Assembly (NCBI GenBank): GCA_030704615.1
Contig: CM060734.1
Location: 57,784,001 to 57,848,000, forward strand
Direction of reading: 5' to 3'
From: Takakia lepidozioides
Lineage: Eukaryota > Plantae > Bryophyta
Length of the DNA stretch: 64,000 bases
A model generated the notes under the pieces. The model made no database searches and was not told the origin of the DNA. It worked only from the letters and a program-made list of their open reading frames with translations. The translations under genes were made by a program, and so were the position numbers. Numbering within the stretch: the first letter of the stretch is position 1; each line of letters starts with the position of its first letter. Shown piece after piece: positions 51,960 through 64,000 of the stretch.

Positions 51960-52047
51960 TCAGAACCAGCAAAGCTCTAAGCATTCACCGAAAACACAAG
52001 AGTTGCGTCAAGGCGGCACGATGCCTTGACGGCAGGAGAGGTCATCT

Positions 52048-52738
52048 AAACCCTAAACCCCAAATAAAGGGGAAGTAGATTCCACTAGGTAATACTACTA
52101 CACAGGAAAGTGGTCTTGCAGGAGTTTCAAGGAAGAGGGCAGATGAGACAACCGAACTTCACTGCTGCAAGCGAATACGTACACAGGAAGTAGTTACAAG
52201 AGAAGAGGACCACTACCCCACACCATGAAGACCAAAAAGACATCCAAGACGCCAAAGAAACAACAAAGCCGACATCCTGCACTGCAGCGCCCCCACTTAC
52301 TGCAGACAACTGAGTTCAAACAACAGGAAAACTGCACGAAAGAGATGATAAACTAGCGAACAGCAACAAGCGACACAGACCACAAATTCCCTGCAGACTG
52401 CGATTCATATGGCCACTCAGTATGGATGGAAGGGGAGCACGGATGCGCACAGGTGGGAGACAGGTTGAGATGGGCAGCAAGAAAGGTGGTAAAGAAGGCT
52501 TACTGCTCTTCTCTCTCACACGCAGCTTACCTGTCCTTCTTTAATCCTCTTCTTCTCTACAGACCCTGCCCCTCCCACGGAGGCAATCTCCACAACCCCG
52601 CAGTGGCTCTTACCTACAGTCTCAACTCGTGCAAACAATTGTGCTGGAGTGATCTTTCTTTCCCCCAACAACACACTAAACACTCCTTGAACCAGAAACC
52701 CGTTCCTACTACCCTCTGAGCTGTGCAGGCTTATATAG
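52048..52738 (-). promoter_or_regulatory. EF1A promoter/leader: TATA box, 5'-UTR intron and telo-box
   Basis: Minus-strand CTATATAAG at 52730-52738. A leader intron runs from the donor cag|gtaag near 52530 to the acceptor ttgcag near 51940. aaaccctaaaccc (telo-box) lies at about 52048-52060 inside this intron. Confidence 0.65.
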
Positions 52739-53866
52739 AGCCAATTCCAAAGAAGGGCAGGCGGCGAGCAGAGGGCATACCTCGATGGGGCGGCGCAGCA
52801 ACGATCGCAGACGGAGACCCTCGCTGAGAGAGAGAGAGAAAGACCTATTCTGTCTGCGCCGCGTTCTCTTCTTTCCCTCGCCGGCCTCCACACTTCCTTG
52901 TCCGATGCTTTCGCGATCCGTCCGTCCGATGTATCACTATCTGACGGCCGGCGGGCAGGCGCACATGTGGCTAATCCAATTAAGGAACATGTCAGCACAC
53001 GATTGCGGGAGCGGCGCCCCCAACTCTTTTGCGCCGTCGATCTTCCGATCTGGCTGGCAAGCATGGACGACGATCACGCAGCAGCCGCTTTAGGTTTGGT
53101 CGCGTATATGTAAATTAATATATTGCCGTGCTATAAATCGCCATCAAAATACACTATGATAAAAAAAAATTAAATTGAGGTGGTTTATGTATTATAATAT
53201 ATGCCTCTGTCCCCTTTCACAAAAAGAAATAAAAACAAATTTCGTACACTCCATTCTGTGTAACCCCGAGTGGAGTTACACACCTCGTCGTGTAACCCGA
53301 TGTAACCCCGACTTGAGTGGACACTCCTTCAGTTCCATGTCACTCTCAAGAGAGGGTGGGGAAGATTTGACATGCCGGAAACCGGCGTACTGTACCATCC
53401 TGTCAGAGGTTGCACGAGTTCTTACATTATTCCTAGTATTATCTTCCTTAAAAATATAGGGTTGGGTATTTTTTAAACCCTCTTTACTGTGTCATTTTCA
53501 GGGCGTCCATCCCATTATATTTTTGGAGGAAAAAAGTTATGTGCAAACGGTATGGGATATATCCCTGCTTCTCTCGGTCTCTGGAGCATCCACTAAAGCT
53601 CAACACGGTGCGCACTGGAGCCATGGAGGCAGCTGCGACCTAGTGTGTTGGATGTTTTGTGCAGCGAGTGCGTTCTCTGTCTTGCTTTTGTGTTTTGTGT
53701 GCAGTTGCGGAGATGTCACCCTCTTACTGTTGCTGCAGGCTGTGCCCATGAGTTTCAAAAGCCTTCTTGGACTAGTTGAGCTTCTCACATGTCGGAATTC
53801 AGAGCTTAATTGACACTGTTTCTAGTTTCTAAAGGGGGTGATAGTTAGGGCTGAGGAAGTGTCGGG

Positions 53867-55329
53867 ATGGAAGAGCAACAGAGCACGATGGATTATCTCG
53901 ATGCTGCCAGCATGCTGAGGTAATGTGATGTGGATCTTCGCCCTCTTGCTCTGCGGAATTGCCTATATGGTGGGTTTGGAGAAGAAGATGATATCTGTTG
54001 TAGGTTTTTGATATGCATCAACGGGGTTTTCCTGGCCTGCCAATTCCAGTCTGCAAGCTCTGCGTGGTGATTGTCATGCTAATGGGGATCTTTACATAGT
54101 GTCTCTATTTTATCAAAGAGTCAGTTGGACGTCAATTATTGGCTTTGAGGAGTTTGTATTAGACCCAAGCAAAATCTCCACCTCAAGTCATATCTTCCAT
54201 GCAGAGGGAATGTACCTGGCCAAAGTTTTTCTGTGTGTTGATGGGCGCGGGCAAGTTATTCATGACAGATTTGTGGTTAGAGAGTTCAACTACTGAACTG
54301 GGATTGTATCTGTCACACCTTTGCGACTACAGGTTTCTGGAAGAAGAATCGAAGACTTTGCAGCAGATGCAACTTAAGATTTCTAATGAGCTTCATCGCC
54401 TTCAGGTCCACAGCTTACCCGCTTTCTGCAGAAGACTTAAAGAGTGCATTGTTGGTCTCTCTGAGAATTCCCTTCCTGACGTACCTTCCTGAGACTGAGA
54501 AAGGACTGGATGATGTCATTCATCACCATTGAAAAGATAGAGCTAAGAGGAAGTCACCCTTGACGTTAGTCTCGCTCTCTCTCTCCCTCGCGCGTGTCTT
54601 AACAATACATGTACAGGGTAGGTGGAGGAGGAGTTATTCGTTCGAACCATAGAGAGGTTGACTGAGGGTGCAAAGAAGGCCAGCAACATTGAGGTAATTT
54701 GGTTATCATTTCGATTTGGATACGTTGTCTTTCATTCCCTTCTCATTCAACACTATCTAGTAGTAGTCCATATTTCATAAAATGTGATTTCCAGATCCAT
54801 CTTCTTGGCTTGTAATTTACATCTGATAGAAGGATCTGTGACAAATGCCAGGAAGTGGAGACTGGCAGGGACTGGGAAGATTCCAAGGGCAGCAGGGCTG
54901 GGCTAGAACTTGCAGAAGCCTTGCAATTGGAATTGGCACGTTTGCCCCTTAACAAGCCTGCCTCTCTTGAAGGTTTAAATGGTACAATTGGAGTGACAAC
55001 ACAGGTGCATTTCTCTCAAATAATATTCTGAATAATAGAGTTGAACTGTTGTAGGAAATATCAAACAGCTTCCCTTAAAAGCCATAATACTTGAGAAATG
55101 TCAGAACTACATATAAACTACCTTGCCAGCCTGGTGGAATCTTTGTCTGTAGCTTGTTATTGCAGATTATGTTATATGTGGTGGAATCCATAAGGGTTCT
55201 GGTGTGTGGCAGTTTCCTCTCTTGGGTTGGTTCCTAACCAGGATGTGGCCTGTCACTTTTCCTTTGTAGGACCCTCAACCCGAAGGCAGCATTGAGGACA
55301 TTACAATCAGAGAAGCGGACGGAACATGA
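53867..55329 (+). CDS. Small coiled-coil protein, SNAPC5/SNAP19-like (snRNA-activating complex subunit)
   Basis: Exons 53867-53919, 54333-54405 and 54622-54693 splice to MEEQQSTMDYLDAASMLRFLEEESKTLQQMQLKISNELHRLQVEEELFVRTIE, which resembles the SNAPC5 core L..EE.TL.......QL.RL.VEE. Tentative further exons 54852-55004 and 55270-55329. Confidence 0.6.
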
Positions 55330-56934
55330 GAAGGAAAGAAATTGTGTATTGGCCCCAGCAGGCGCACTAGGGCCCAAAATTGAGACAGCCACAATATTGA
55401 GCAAGGTTGACAACCATGCATTTGCTGGTTCATCAATTTGGGAAATGCATTTCCTTAAAGGGTAAAAAGGTATAAACCCTTTTGCAGATTGAGAGGGGAC
55501 GGTCTCGTGAGGAAGCTTGTGTACATGTCCTGCAAGATAAGAGCTGTACGTGTTGTTCATGGTCCCTAGATCGGTGAGGGATAGTCACCAAGTTTATACC
55601 ACAAAACTCAGCCAACATTTGGACCCAGTGTTTTGGGAGCGGCAGTAGCGGAAGAGACAAGTGATGATTGGTGCATGTTTGTGGCAATTTATTCTGCATG
55701 ACTATTTGGATGAACAGGAAGTGGGGCAACAGGATTGGAGAAAGGAGGGGATGTCTAGGACTAGTTGCAGCAACAAAAGATCTTGTGTTGTGGTCCATGA
55801 CTGCATCATCTGTCTCTCTCACACACATGCTGATACTAACTAACCTCTGGCTTAGGGGTCCAGCAACTTTCCAGGGTGGGTCAGTAAGTCAAAGACCTAT
55901 TTGACCTAGGGAACCTCAGGAAGATAATGCGCACCCCTGACCGGGGACAGTAGCACTGGTTCTGTGTTCATGAGCAATTGATGTGAACAATGATGGATCT
56001 TAAGCAAATTCTCGTACTGGGAGTTTGATACTCCAATTATCCCAATTTCCAAAGGTAGCATGGTCTATACATATGTGCTCAAAAGTGCATTGCCGGTGCA
56101 TGCCAAGGCAAACCAATAGCTAGACATTGCACACAATGCAGATCTAGAATGCCCCACAACAGGTTATTGTTGGGAACAAGAATGTGACCTTGCAGTGTCT
56201 GGGACATCACTTCCTTGCTCAATTGTCCTTTGCTTCCCTTCAAGGTGCTGAACACACTTGGATGGGACAAGATTGATGTTGGCACCAGAATGCAACTTTC
56301 AAGCTCCCACTTACGAAAATCAATTCATCTTGAGATATTTACATGCTTAGAAAATTGTACATCTGAATGCGCCTGGTTACATTTTGTCAGACTACCCAGG
56401 TCCACAGTACAGAAGATGGGGCATTTTACTTGATTTGAACAACAGATATCTGATGTTATGAATTTGGTTTTCCAAAGAATTACATCTTCTACAACTCCTA
56501 ACCTCTAACCAAGTTCTTGGGATTGAACATTCACCAACGCCTCTGCCACAGGTACTGCCACACCCACTAGTAATGAACATGTGGTACCTCGCTCCTTCAT
56601 GTGTATGGAATTCTCCTACTCAGCTTGATTTCCAGTAGAAACCGACAGATCCAGCAGGAACTGCTTTCCCACGTCTTTTTACTGCCATTCGCTTAACTGG
56701 TTTGTTGGTGACCCTCCTTGCAGCAGGGCTGACTTCGTAGGATAAAACTCCAGCACAGGCTTTGTACCCAGAATGAGAGGCCACTCTAACTGCAGGGCTC
56801 TAGCTTGAAGCTTTGTTGAGAAATTTCAGCTACAATTCTTCCACATCAAGCTAACATAGGAGGCTTCATCTCATTCCCCTCAGTAGCATCAATATATAAT
56901 AGATCAAATGCAGAATGCCCAAATTTTTCCAAGC

Positions 56935-59900
56935 CTAAAATATGGAAGTAATCCAGGGCAGATCTTTTGCAGGCTTATCCAGGCCGTAAACCACTGCACC
57001 TGTTGCAGCCAAAATCATGAAAATCCAGTCAGTTTGTTATGCCTTCCAATCCTCCACTTCCAGCAGTTAAAAGTCCACATGCTGGGACCTACTCAGAACC
57101 ATTGCCTGCCTACATTGGCTTGAGCCTTTAGTCCAGTGAGAACAAAAGACTCTGAGGACAAGGTGTCAGGTCTCAGCCCAACATGTATGGCATGATGCTA
57201 GTGCACTGCCAAAGCACTATTGATCGTCAAGAGATTCTCTATGGCGGACAGCGTCATGTACATACGCAGCGAGGCATTTCTGACTGTCTTAATGAAAGAC
57301 CTTAGTGAGGGATTGGCTAGAGAGAGAAGAGACGTTTCAAGTAGTCTTCTGATCCCACATGCCAGTCAGACCCTGGTCCCAACAACAGCACTTGTCTATA
57401 AAAGAGGAGATGCAGTCATTGACAATCTCAGCTCTCTTGTGCCCTTCATCGAGGGTCCCTTGTGATATCATCCTTTATTGTTCTGGGCTCATCCATGTAC
57501 CATGGGACTCGGCTCAAATTTTCCATGGTGGTCACATAAGCCAAAGCCCCAATCGATGTTTGGTTTTGTTATTGACATCAAGCTAAGAAAGCATGAGGGT
57601 AGTTCCAGCAATACGCATCTGGCCATCTAGCTCACACATGGGCCTGTGAGTGCACTGCCAGTCACCCTGGAGGGGTGGGAGAGAGAGAGCCTCCTTCCTT
57701 GCCTGTTTGAGTTCTTGCCGAAACTTTCTTTGGCTATGCTGACCAAGAGATAAGTTTGATCTGCAGACTTGCCTTTTTGTAAGAAAGAAAAAGCAACAGA
57801 GAGAGGAACAGAAGGACAGAACTCACCAAGAGTAGGGGTGAGCACTGAAAGCAGAGCAATGCCAACAACTTTAAGAATCAGGCCTGGGATGAACATATCA
57901 GATGCCCTGAGGTACCCAGTTGCATGTGCAATTGCATTTGGTGGAGTCGCAATGGGTAAGATAAATGCAAAACTACATGAGAAGGTTGCTGGAATCATGA
58001 GCAGTAACGGATGCCAGCCGATTGACACAGCCACCTCTGCCAGAAGCGGGAGAAACAGTGTAGCAGTTGCTGCATTAGAGGAGAACTCCGTTGTGATGTT
58101 GATAATCAATGAAACAACTGGTGTCAAAAGCCAATAGGGCACTGAATCGAGGACTTCCATGTTCGCTGCTATTGAAGAAGCCAGCCCACTATCATGGATG
58201 CCTGCAGAAAGTGCAAAACCTGCATGGTGTACGTGTACCCGCATCCAGAGAAGTCAATAATACAGAGATAGGAAAGAGAAATAAAGAAAGATGGCTAACC
58301 TGATTTGGCACTTACAGGACATGCAGAAGTACAGAAAGACATAAATATGCTTAGCCAGAAAAAGTGGAAAGTTTATCATGGGAACAATCATTATGTTAGT
58401 AGACATGACTAAGTTACCAACCACAATAAAACTAAAGGTAGCTAGTCAGTTACAGGGACAGGTAGATTTACAAGCTCCAAAAGCCTACTCAGACTTATGC
58501 TAGATGAGGTTTGAGCTAGCTGGGATGTTAGAAGCTCAGCTGTGATGCTTCTCCATTACAACAGATGCTATAGCCTGCAGCCACAGACATGCAGACGTTA
58601 CCCATGCAGGTAACGTCTAGTAGGGAATCTCCATAGCTACTTGTGACTGCAAGAAAAGGCCATAGACAGGAGATTCACCTCCCCCCAGCAGCAGCATAAC
58701 ATCCCAAGGCAGCTTTTTACAAGTGGGCCAGTCCAGCAGTTTCTGGCCTTCCACCACCTTATTCGGCACCAAGAAGAGTATGATTCCCATCATGACCTGC
58801 ACTTATAGCCCATTCTTTAGCATCTTGCAGTTTCCATCCCTCTCTTTGTACATCCCCCCACCACCCACCCAGTAGACCTCCTGACCGGTTTTTCACTTGA
58901 GTTGCACACATGTGCAATTTCAGCCAGTTTTCCTTATCCAAAACTCAAGAGACAAACATACCAAGTATTTCACAGAACATATTATAGCCTCAGGCCAATT
59001 GATAACAATATAAAATATAACAAAAATGGTTCAAGTATTACCCCACTTAAGTCTTGTTGGAAAAGAGGACAAGCCTAAAAGTCAGGCCCTCAGTATGGAT
59101 ATAAGTGTGCAAATGTGAAGTTCCAAAATGGCCAGAAGAGCTCACACTGACGGTGCCTTCATTGGGGAGATCACCAAAGAACACAGCCCACCCGGGATAA
59201 TTCCCTAAGGTTCTTGTGCACCACAATATCACCAATACCTACACCCGTGCCAAAAATGAGTGCACAAGTCCCAATCAAATGAAGCTTGCAGCTGCCTGGT
59301 CAAGGAAAGCGATGAAGTGTGCAATACCTTAAGAATAGTCACACTAATTTAGGTCAAAAAAGCAACCTGCAAGCAAAATGGACATGACATAATGCTGAAG
59401 AGATTGGAATTGAGAGACTCACAACAAATTCAACAGCAATGAATTTCTCCGAAAACTTCATAGGCCCTGCATCCATGACATGTGTGAACCAGTGTGACTA
59501 CCATTCACTTGTCTGATAGAAATACGTGCACATATCTGGAATATTCCTGTAGCTTTGCAAGAGAACGCACATTATACATAAACATGACTCATCCCAGAAA
59601 AACCCATCAATTTCTTCTTTCCTGGTTTCGTATGCTTTACCATGGCTAAATCCGTGGCCCTCCTTGTGGCCAAGTATTGGGTGAAGTTCAAAAACATTGA
59701 GCTCTTACCCTTTACCCTCATCCTAAAGTGATTCCACACTGAGCTATCAAGCTCTCTCTCTCTCTCTGTCCAAAGCCAAAGTCCAACTTCTTTGACATAG
59801 ACCAAGGTGTAGCTCAAGGATGTACTCTCTCCCCTCTGCTCTTCAATGTTTTCATCAATCAACTCCTCGAGGATGTGGAAAGTGAGGGATTTGGGTTAAG

Positions 59901-62900
59901 GGTGGGTGATACCACCATACCAGCCCTTATGTTTGCGGATGACTTCGCAGGCATAGGGGAGACTCCAACCAATCTCCAGGAGTTGATTGATTGCGCGAAG
60001 AGATACTTTGATCTTTGGGGGCTAGAGGCTAATGTCAGCAAATGTGCAGTGGTAGCATTCAACGACAGAGGAGAGGGAGGAAGTGATCTTAAGTGGCTGT
60101 GGGGTAGCCAAGAGATCCCGGTCCTCCCTTCCTACACTTACCTGGGCGTTGAGTTCTCCTCCAATTGTAATTGGGATGCACATATCCAGAAAGTTGTTCA
60201 AACTGGCAAGGGCAAAGCTCTGGGGCTCACTAAATTTTTCCACTGCAGAGGGGTCAACTCTGAGGTTAAGAAAACGATGCTTTGTCGCGTTATTAGACCT
60301 GCCTTGGAGTACGGATCTGCTATATGGGTTGATAACTCCAACCAGGCTAAGTCTCTAGAATCCATTCAAGTGGGGGTGCTTAAGGAGTGTATGTCAGCAT
60401 GCTCCAAAACAGCCAATGTGGCTGTTCGGGGTGAGTTTGGCATTCCGTCCTTGAGCTCCCGACGAGATGAATTCAAGGTCAGATGGTGGGGTCAGCTGCA
60501 ACATATGCCCAACACCAGATATCCTAAATTAATCGACTCTATATCTTGGAAACAGGACCGCCCTGTCAAACAGGCTAAGTCCTGGCAGAAGAGAGTAGAA
60601 GAGATCCTCAAGGACCTGGACCTGGATCCGCAAGTCTTGACCCTGCTGGATAAATCTGACTTAGAGGCTGTAGTGTCCTCAGCCATGTCTGTTGCCATGA
60701 GATTGTCTGATGAAAATGAAGTTAGGCAGAAAACTTCCCTGAACTTGTTTCCAGTCTGTGACATGGGGGAGGACATCTTGGATGACCTCAAGGGTCTACC
60801 CACTCTCGGCACTAGACTGAAATTTAAACTCAGGGCAGGAAGCCTACCTTTGAACAGCAAACAGAAGCAGAGAGGAAAGGGAGAGTGCAATTGCCCGTTG
60901 TGTGGGCAATCTGAAGACAGTATTCATTTTCTGATACACTGTCCGGGGTTCTCTCACCAAAGAGACGCTCTCTTCAAATCTATTAAGGGAATTGTGCCTG
61001 TACCCCTGTTTACCAACTTTGAAAGTCTCGAGGCTGAGCCAAAAGCCCAGGCCCTCCTGAGGCCTAGTTTTTGGGCAAATCACACACAGCAGATTGATGC
61101 TTGTGTGAAGGGATTTCTAGAGGATATCTGGAAAACCCGGATTAATTCTTTGTATGGAGGTAAGTCTTACTACCAACGTCAGCCCCTGACAGAGGTAGGT
61201 TCTGTCCCTTTTGTTCCCACTCAAACTGGGCGCGGGGTCAATGGCCACAAGGCTACGGCAAACAACGTCTTATGAGTACAATCTGTCCACAGCCACATCT
61301 GATGCCCGAAGACTGTACGTTCGAAAATGAAGTTAGGCATAGAACTTCCTGAACTTGTTTCCAGTCTGTGACATGGGCGAGGACCTTAAGGATGCTCTCA
61401 AGGGCCTACCTACCCTTGCCACAAGACTGAAATTTAAACTCTGGGCGGGAAGCCTACCTAACAGATGCAGAGAGGAAGAGGAGATTGTAATTGCCCAATG
61501 TGCGGGTTTGAAGACAATATCCATTTTCTGATACATTGTCCGGGATATTCTCACCAGAGAGTGACCCTCTTCAGGACAATCAAGAACATTGTCCCTGCAC
61601 CTCCGTTCACCAACTTCCAAAATCTTCAAGAGTCTAAGGCCTTGGCCTGTTGGGTCTAATTGCTGGGCAGCTCACACACAAAAAGCTGATGCTTGTGTGA
61701 AGGGCTTTCAATATCTGGAAAACCCAAACTAAATGTCTCTATCAAGGTAAGTCCCACTACCGGAATGAGCCCCACAAAGGTACTGTTCCCTTTTGTTCCA
61801 CCCAAACTGGGCGCGGGGTCTATGGCCACAAGGCTACAGCAACTAACGTCTTATGAGTACACACACACTCTCTCCCCCCCTGTTCCGCTCAAACTGGGCG
61901 CGGGGTCAATGGCCACAAGGTCTTATGAGTACATTCTCTCCCCCCCTGTTGAGGTCTAACTTTTGGGCTGTTTGTTTGAAGGGCTTTCTAGAGGATAGCT
62001 TGAAAGCCCCAACAAATTGTTTATATCAAGGTAAGTCACACTACTGGAGTAAGCCCCTCCCAAAGGTAGTGTCTATTCCCTATGTTTCCATCCTACGGCA
62101 AGCAAAGTCTTATGAGCACATTCTCATTCGCTCTCTCTCTCTCACACACACATTCATGTGGCTTAAGACTCTGGAAAGTAAACTCTAATTTAGTCTAAGT
62201 GTGTGTGCTCATATGGCCACAAGCCACTGGAAGAAAACTATAAACTACATAAGAGTAGGCGTTAATTTCCATAGAGCGAGAAACTTAAAAGAGGACAAAT
62301 TGAGGAGGTACCCAAGGCCTCATATTCCTCCTCCACCATGGAACGGGTCAAGCTGGCCTCGATAACTTGCACAGAAGTGGGAGGACAGAAGAGCCAACAA
62401 AGTAGCAGCCACTCAAAGATAAGAAAGGGAACTGCGAGCGGCACGGCGAACAACATCCATTGCAAGTAGGAGACTGGGGGCGCTTCAGGAAATCTTTGAC
62501 TGTAAATGCCCGGGAGCACCAGATTGGGTCCACAGCCTGTGAGTGTGCCTAAACCCCCAATTGCTGTCGCGTATGTGATACCAAGGATTACAGCTCGACA
62601 AAAATCCTTCTTAACCTTCGCAGGATCAACCTCCTTCCCGGCCTTCTGCTGCTTGGCCAGAGCCTCAGGGTCAATTATGTCGTCACCGTCAGCATCTTCT
62701 ATCACACTATATGAGTGGACGGCACGCACATGTTTCGTCCTGGAAAATTTTCTGGAAAAGGTTCGGGAACATTGATTGCATAAAATGGGAGCAATGTCGT
62801 CGGCCTCGAAGTGCTTCAAGAATCCAGTAGCCATGGGGATCATCATCACAGCAGCAGCAGTGTTGGACATCCACATGCTCACAAACCCCGGGCCCACGCA

Positions 62901-63386
62901 GAAGCCCAGTAACAATAGACGCGGGTCCATCTTCTCGCCGCCAACAAACAACAAAATCCTCAAAGCAATGCGCTTGTGGAAATTGAACCTCTCGATAGCC
63001 AGCGCAAGCATGAAACTGCCCAACATCAGCATGACAGTGTCGTTCACATACTTACTTGCTACTTCATCTGCTTCCATGATCATTAAGAAGGGAAACAAAA
63101 CCACTGGCAACAGAGCTGTGATGCATATGGGCACCGGCTCGAATATCCACCAGATGCCCAGCCACACAACTGCCCCCAACATTCTTGAGGCTAACGGCCC
63201 CTCTGCAATAGTGACAAAGCAGATGACCAACACCATCGCCAAGGGGCCTGCCAGCACGACCACCAAATCCTTCTCCTTCACTCCAACCCATCTCCACACA
63301 CTTGACAACACTGAGCGCCAATAGTCCCTGTTTCGATTTGAAGTCAGATGCGAAGGAGATGTTAGGAAAGGGGTGGAATCAGCCAT
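56935..63386 (-). CDS. TDT: Tonoplast dicarboxylate transporter (SLC13/DASS family), 6 exons
   Basis: Exons 63386-62312, 59466-59423, 59238-59146, 58796-58679, 58219-57827 and 56999-56935. Motifs: WWIFEPVPICITALLP, ALAIERFNFHKRIAL, SMWMSNTAAAVMMIP (SNT), GGLGTLTGCGPNL, LPWDVMLLLGGGFAL, TEFSSNAATA, AFILPIATPPNAI. Confidence 0.93.
59779..61281 (+). mobile_element. 5'-truncated non-LTR retrotransposon (RTE-X-like LINE) in TDT intron 1, antisense to the host gene
   Basis: Open frame from KSNFFDIDQGVAQGCTLSPLLFNVFI through LMFADD and YTYLGV to C-terminal LKFKLRAGSLPL..CPLC..EDSIHFLIHC, with the stop at 61275. Probable 14-bp TSD tctgtcca(a/c)agcca at 59765-59778 and 61282-61295, next to (CT)n. Confidence 0.9.
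61297..62140 (+). mobile_element. Stack of degenerate 3' fragments of the same LINE family
   Basis: 61297-61860 repeats about 60706-61280 with frameshifts. 61878-61945 repeats the terminus again. About 61950-62130 is a further fragment ending gtcttatgagcacattctc and (CT)n. Confidence 0.85.
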
Positions 63387-64000
63387 TGCTTTGTGCAACC
63401 TAGTGCCCTCTCTCCATCCAATTTGCTACAAGGCGCTGTTCTACAGCTCAGTTCTACAACTCATGATCCGCCTGCCCCTGTAGTCGCCGCTACCTGTTGT
63501 CACGGTCTTAAACAAAGATTATCTTTAGAAAGCAGTCTCAATTTCTTTTCTTTCTTAAGCCTCGCGTCTCTCTCGAAGGCGCGGGCCTTCCTCGTCTACC
63601 TTGTCTTTTCCGTGCCCAGGACACCGACTCTTACGGCCCCTTCTGTATGCCTTATGGCTTTTGCAAGGTTAGCTTTCCTTGTCCTTGTTAAGTCGATGAT
63701 CAGGGCAGGTTCTATTCTATCGTCACGCGTAAAAGTACTTCACAGTCAGAGGTTTCCGGTTTGGGCCCGCCACCTTTCCAGGGAGATATTACAGTGTGCA
63801 AGTCTGGCAGACAAGTTGACACCTGACGAGATGTAGCTTTCACAACACTTCTAAGCATGGTGCTATCCAAAACAGTTGATGTAGGTAACAACTAGGTACT
63901 CTTAACAACATCTCTTCAGACTCTTGAAGACTACGAGTGCAGTTTTACAATTGAAATTTGCCAGAGATCTCATGTCTCTAGTTTCTACCAGCATGGCAAA

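Noticed and set aside
59572-59750. Inverted 5' segment of the LINE (twin priming)
   Set aside because: The resemblance to RT (VW..VKGK) is only a few residues, and the candidate TSD places the insertion boundary at 59779.

Overview
Eukaryotic nuclear DNA from a gene-dense, intron-containing land-plant genome. It is probably a non-seed plant (bryophyte/lycophyte grade), inferred from a cilia-associated MAPK15/ERK7-type kinase and an RTE-X-like LINE. Ten protein-coding genes are supported. In order they are: a GIL1/IRKI-family gene (-); a convergent pair of OBERON/VIN3-type PHD paralogues, of which the - copy appears to carry an N-terminal methyl-CpG-binding domain and an AT-hook-like motif; three consecutive intronless genes (MAPK15-like kinase, M41/HEAGH VIR3-like protein, PP2-A10-like protein); a 17-exon NUP93; EF1A; a small SNAPC5-like gene; and a tonoplast dicarboxylate transporter whose internal hydrophilic loop matches the C2H2 zinc-finger pattern exactly. 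A TE island at about 21-30 kb holds a long foldback element with a piggyBac-like insert in one arm and a full-length, pseudogenised hAT element (17-bp TIR, 8-bp TSD) in the other, plus two minisatellites and a tRNA-derived SINE with a 12-bp TSD. An RTE-X-like LINE and many short 3'-end derivatives are scattered through the window, often next to (CT)n tracts. The strongest novelty candidates are the MBD-PHD(Oberon) protein and the zinc-finger-containing transporter. Exon models and family names come from manual reading and recalled motifs; no database searches were run.
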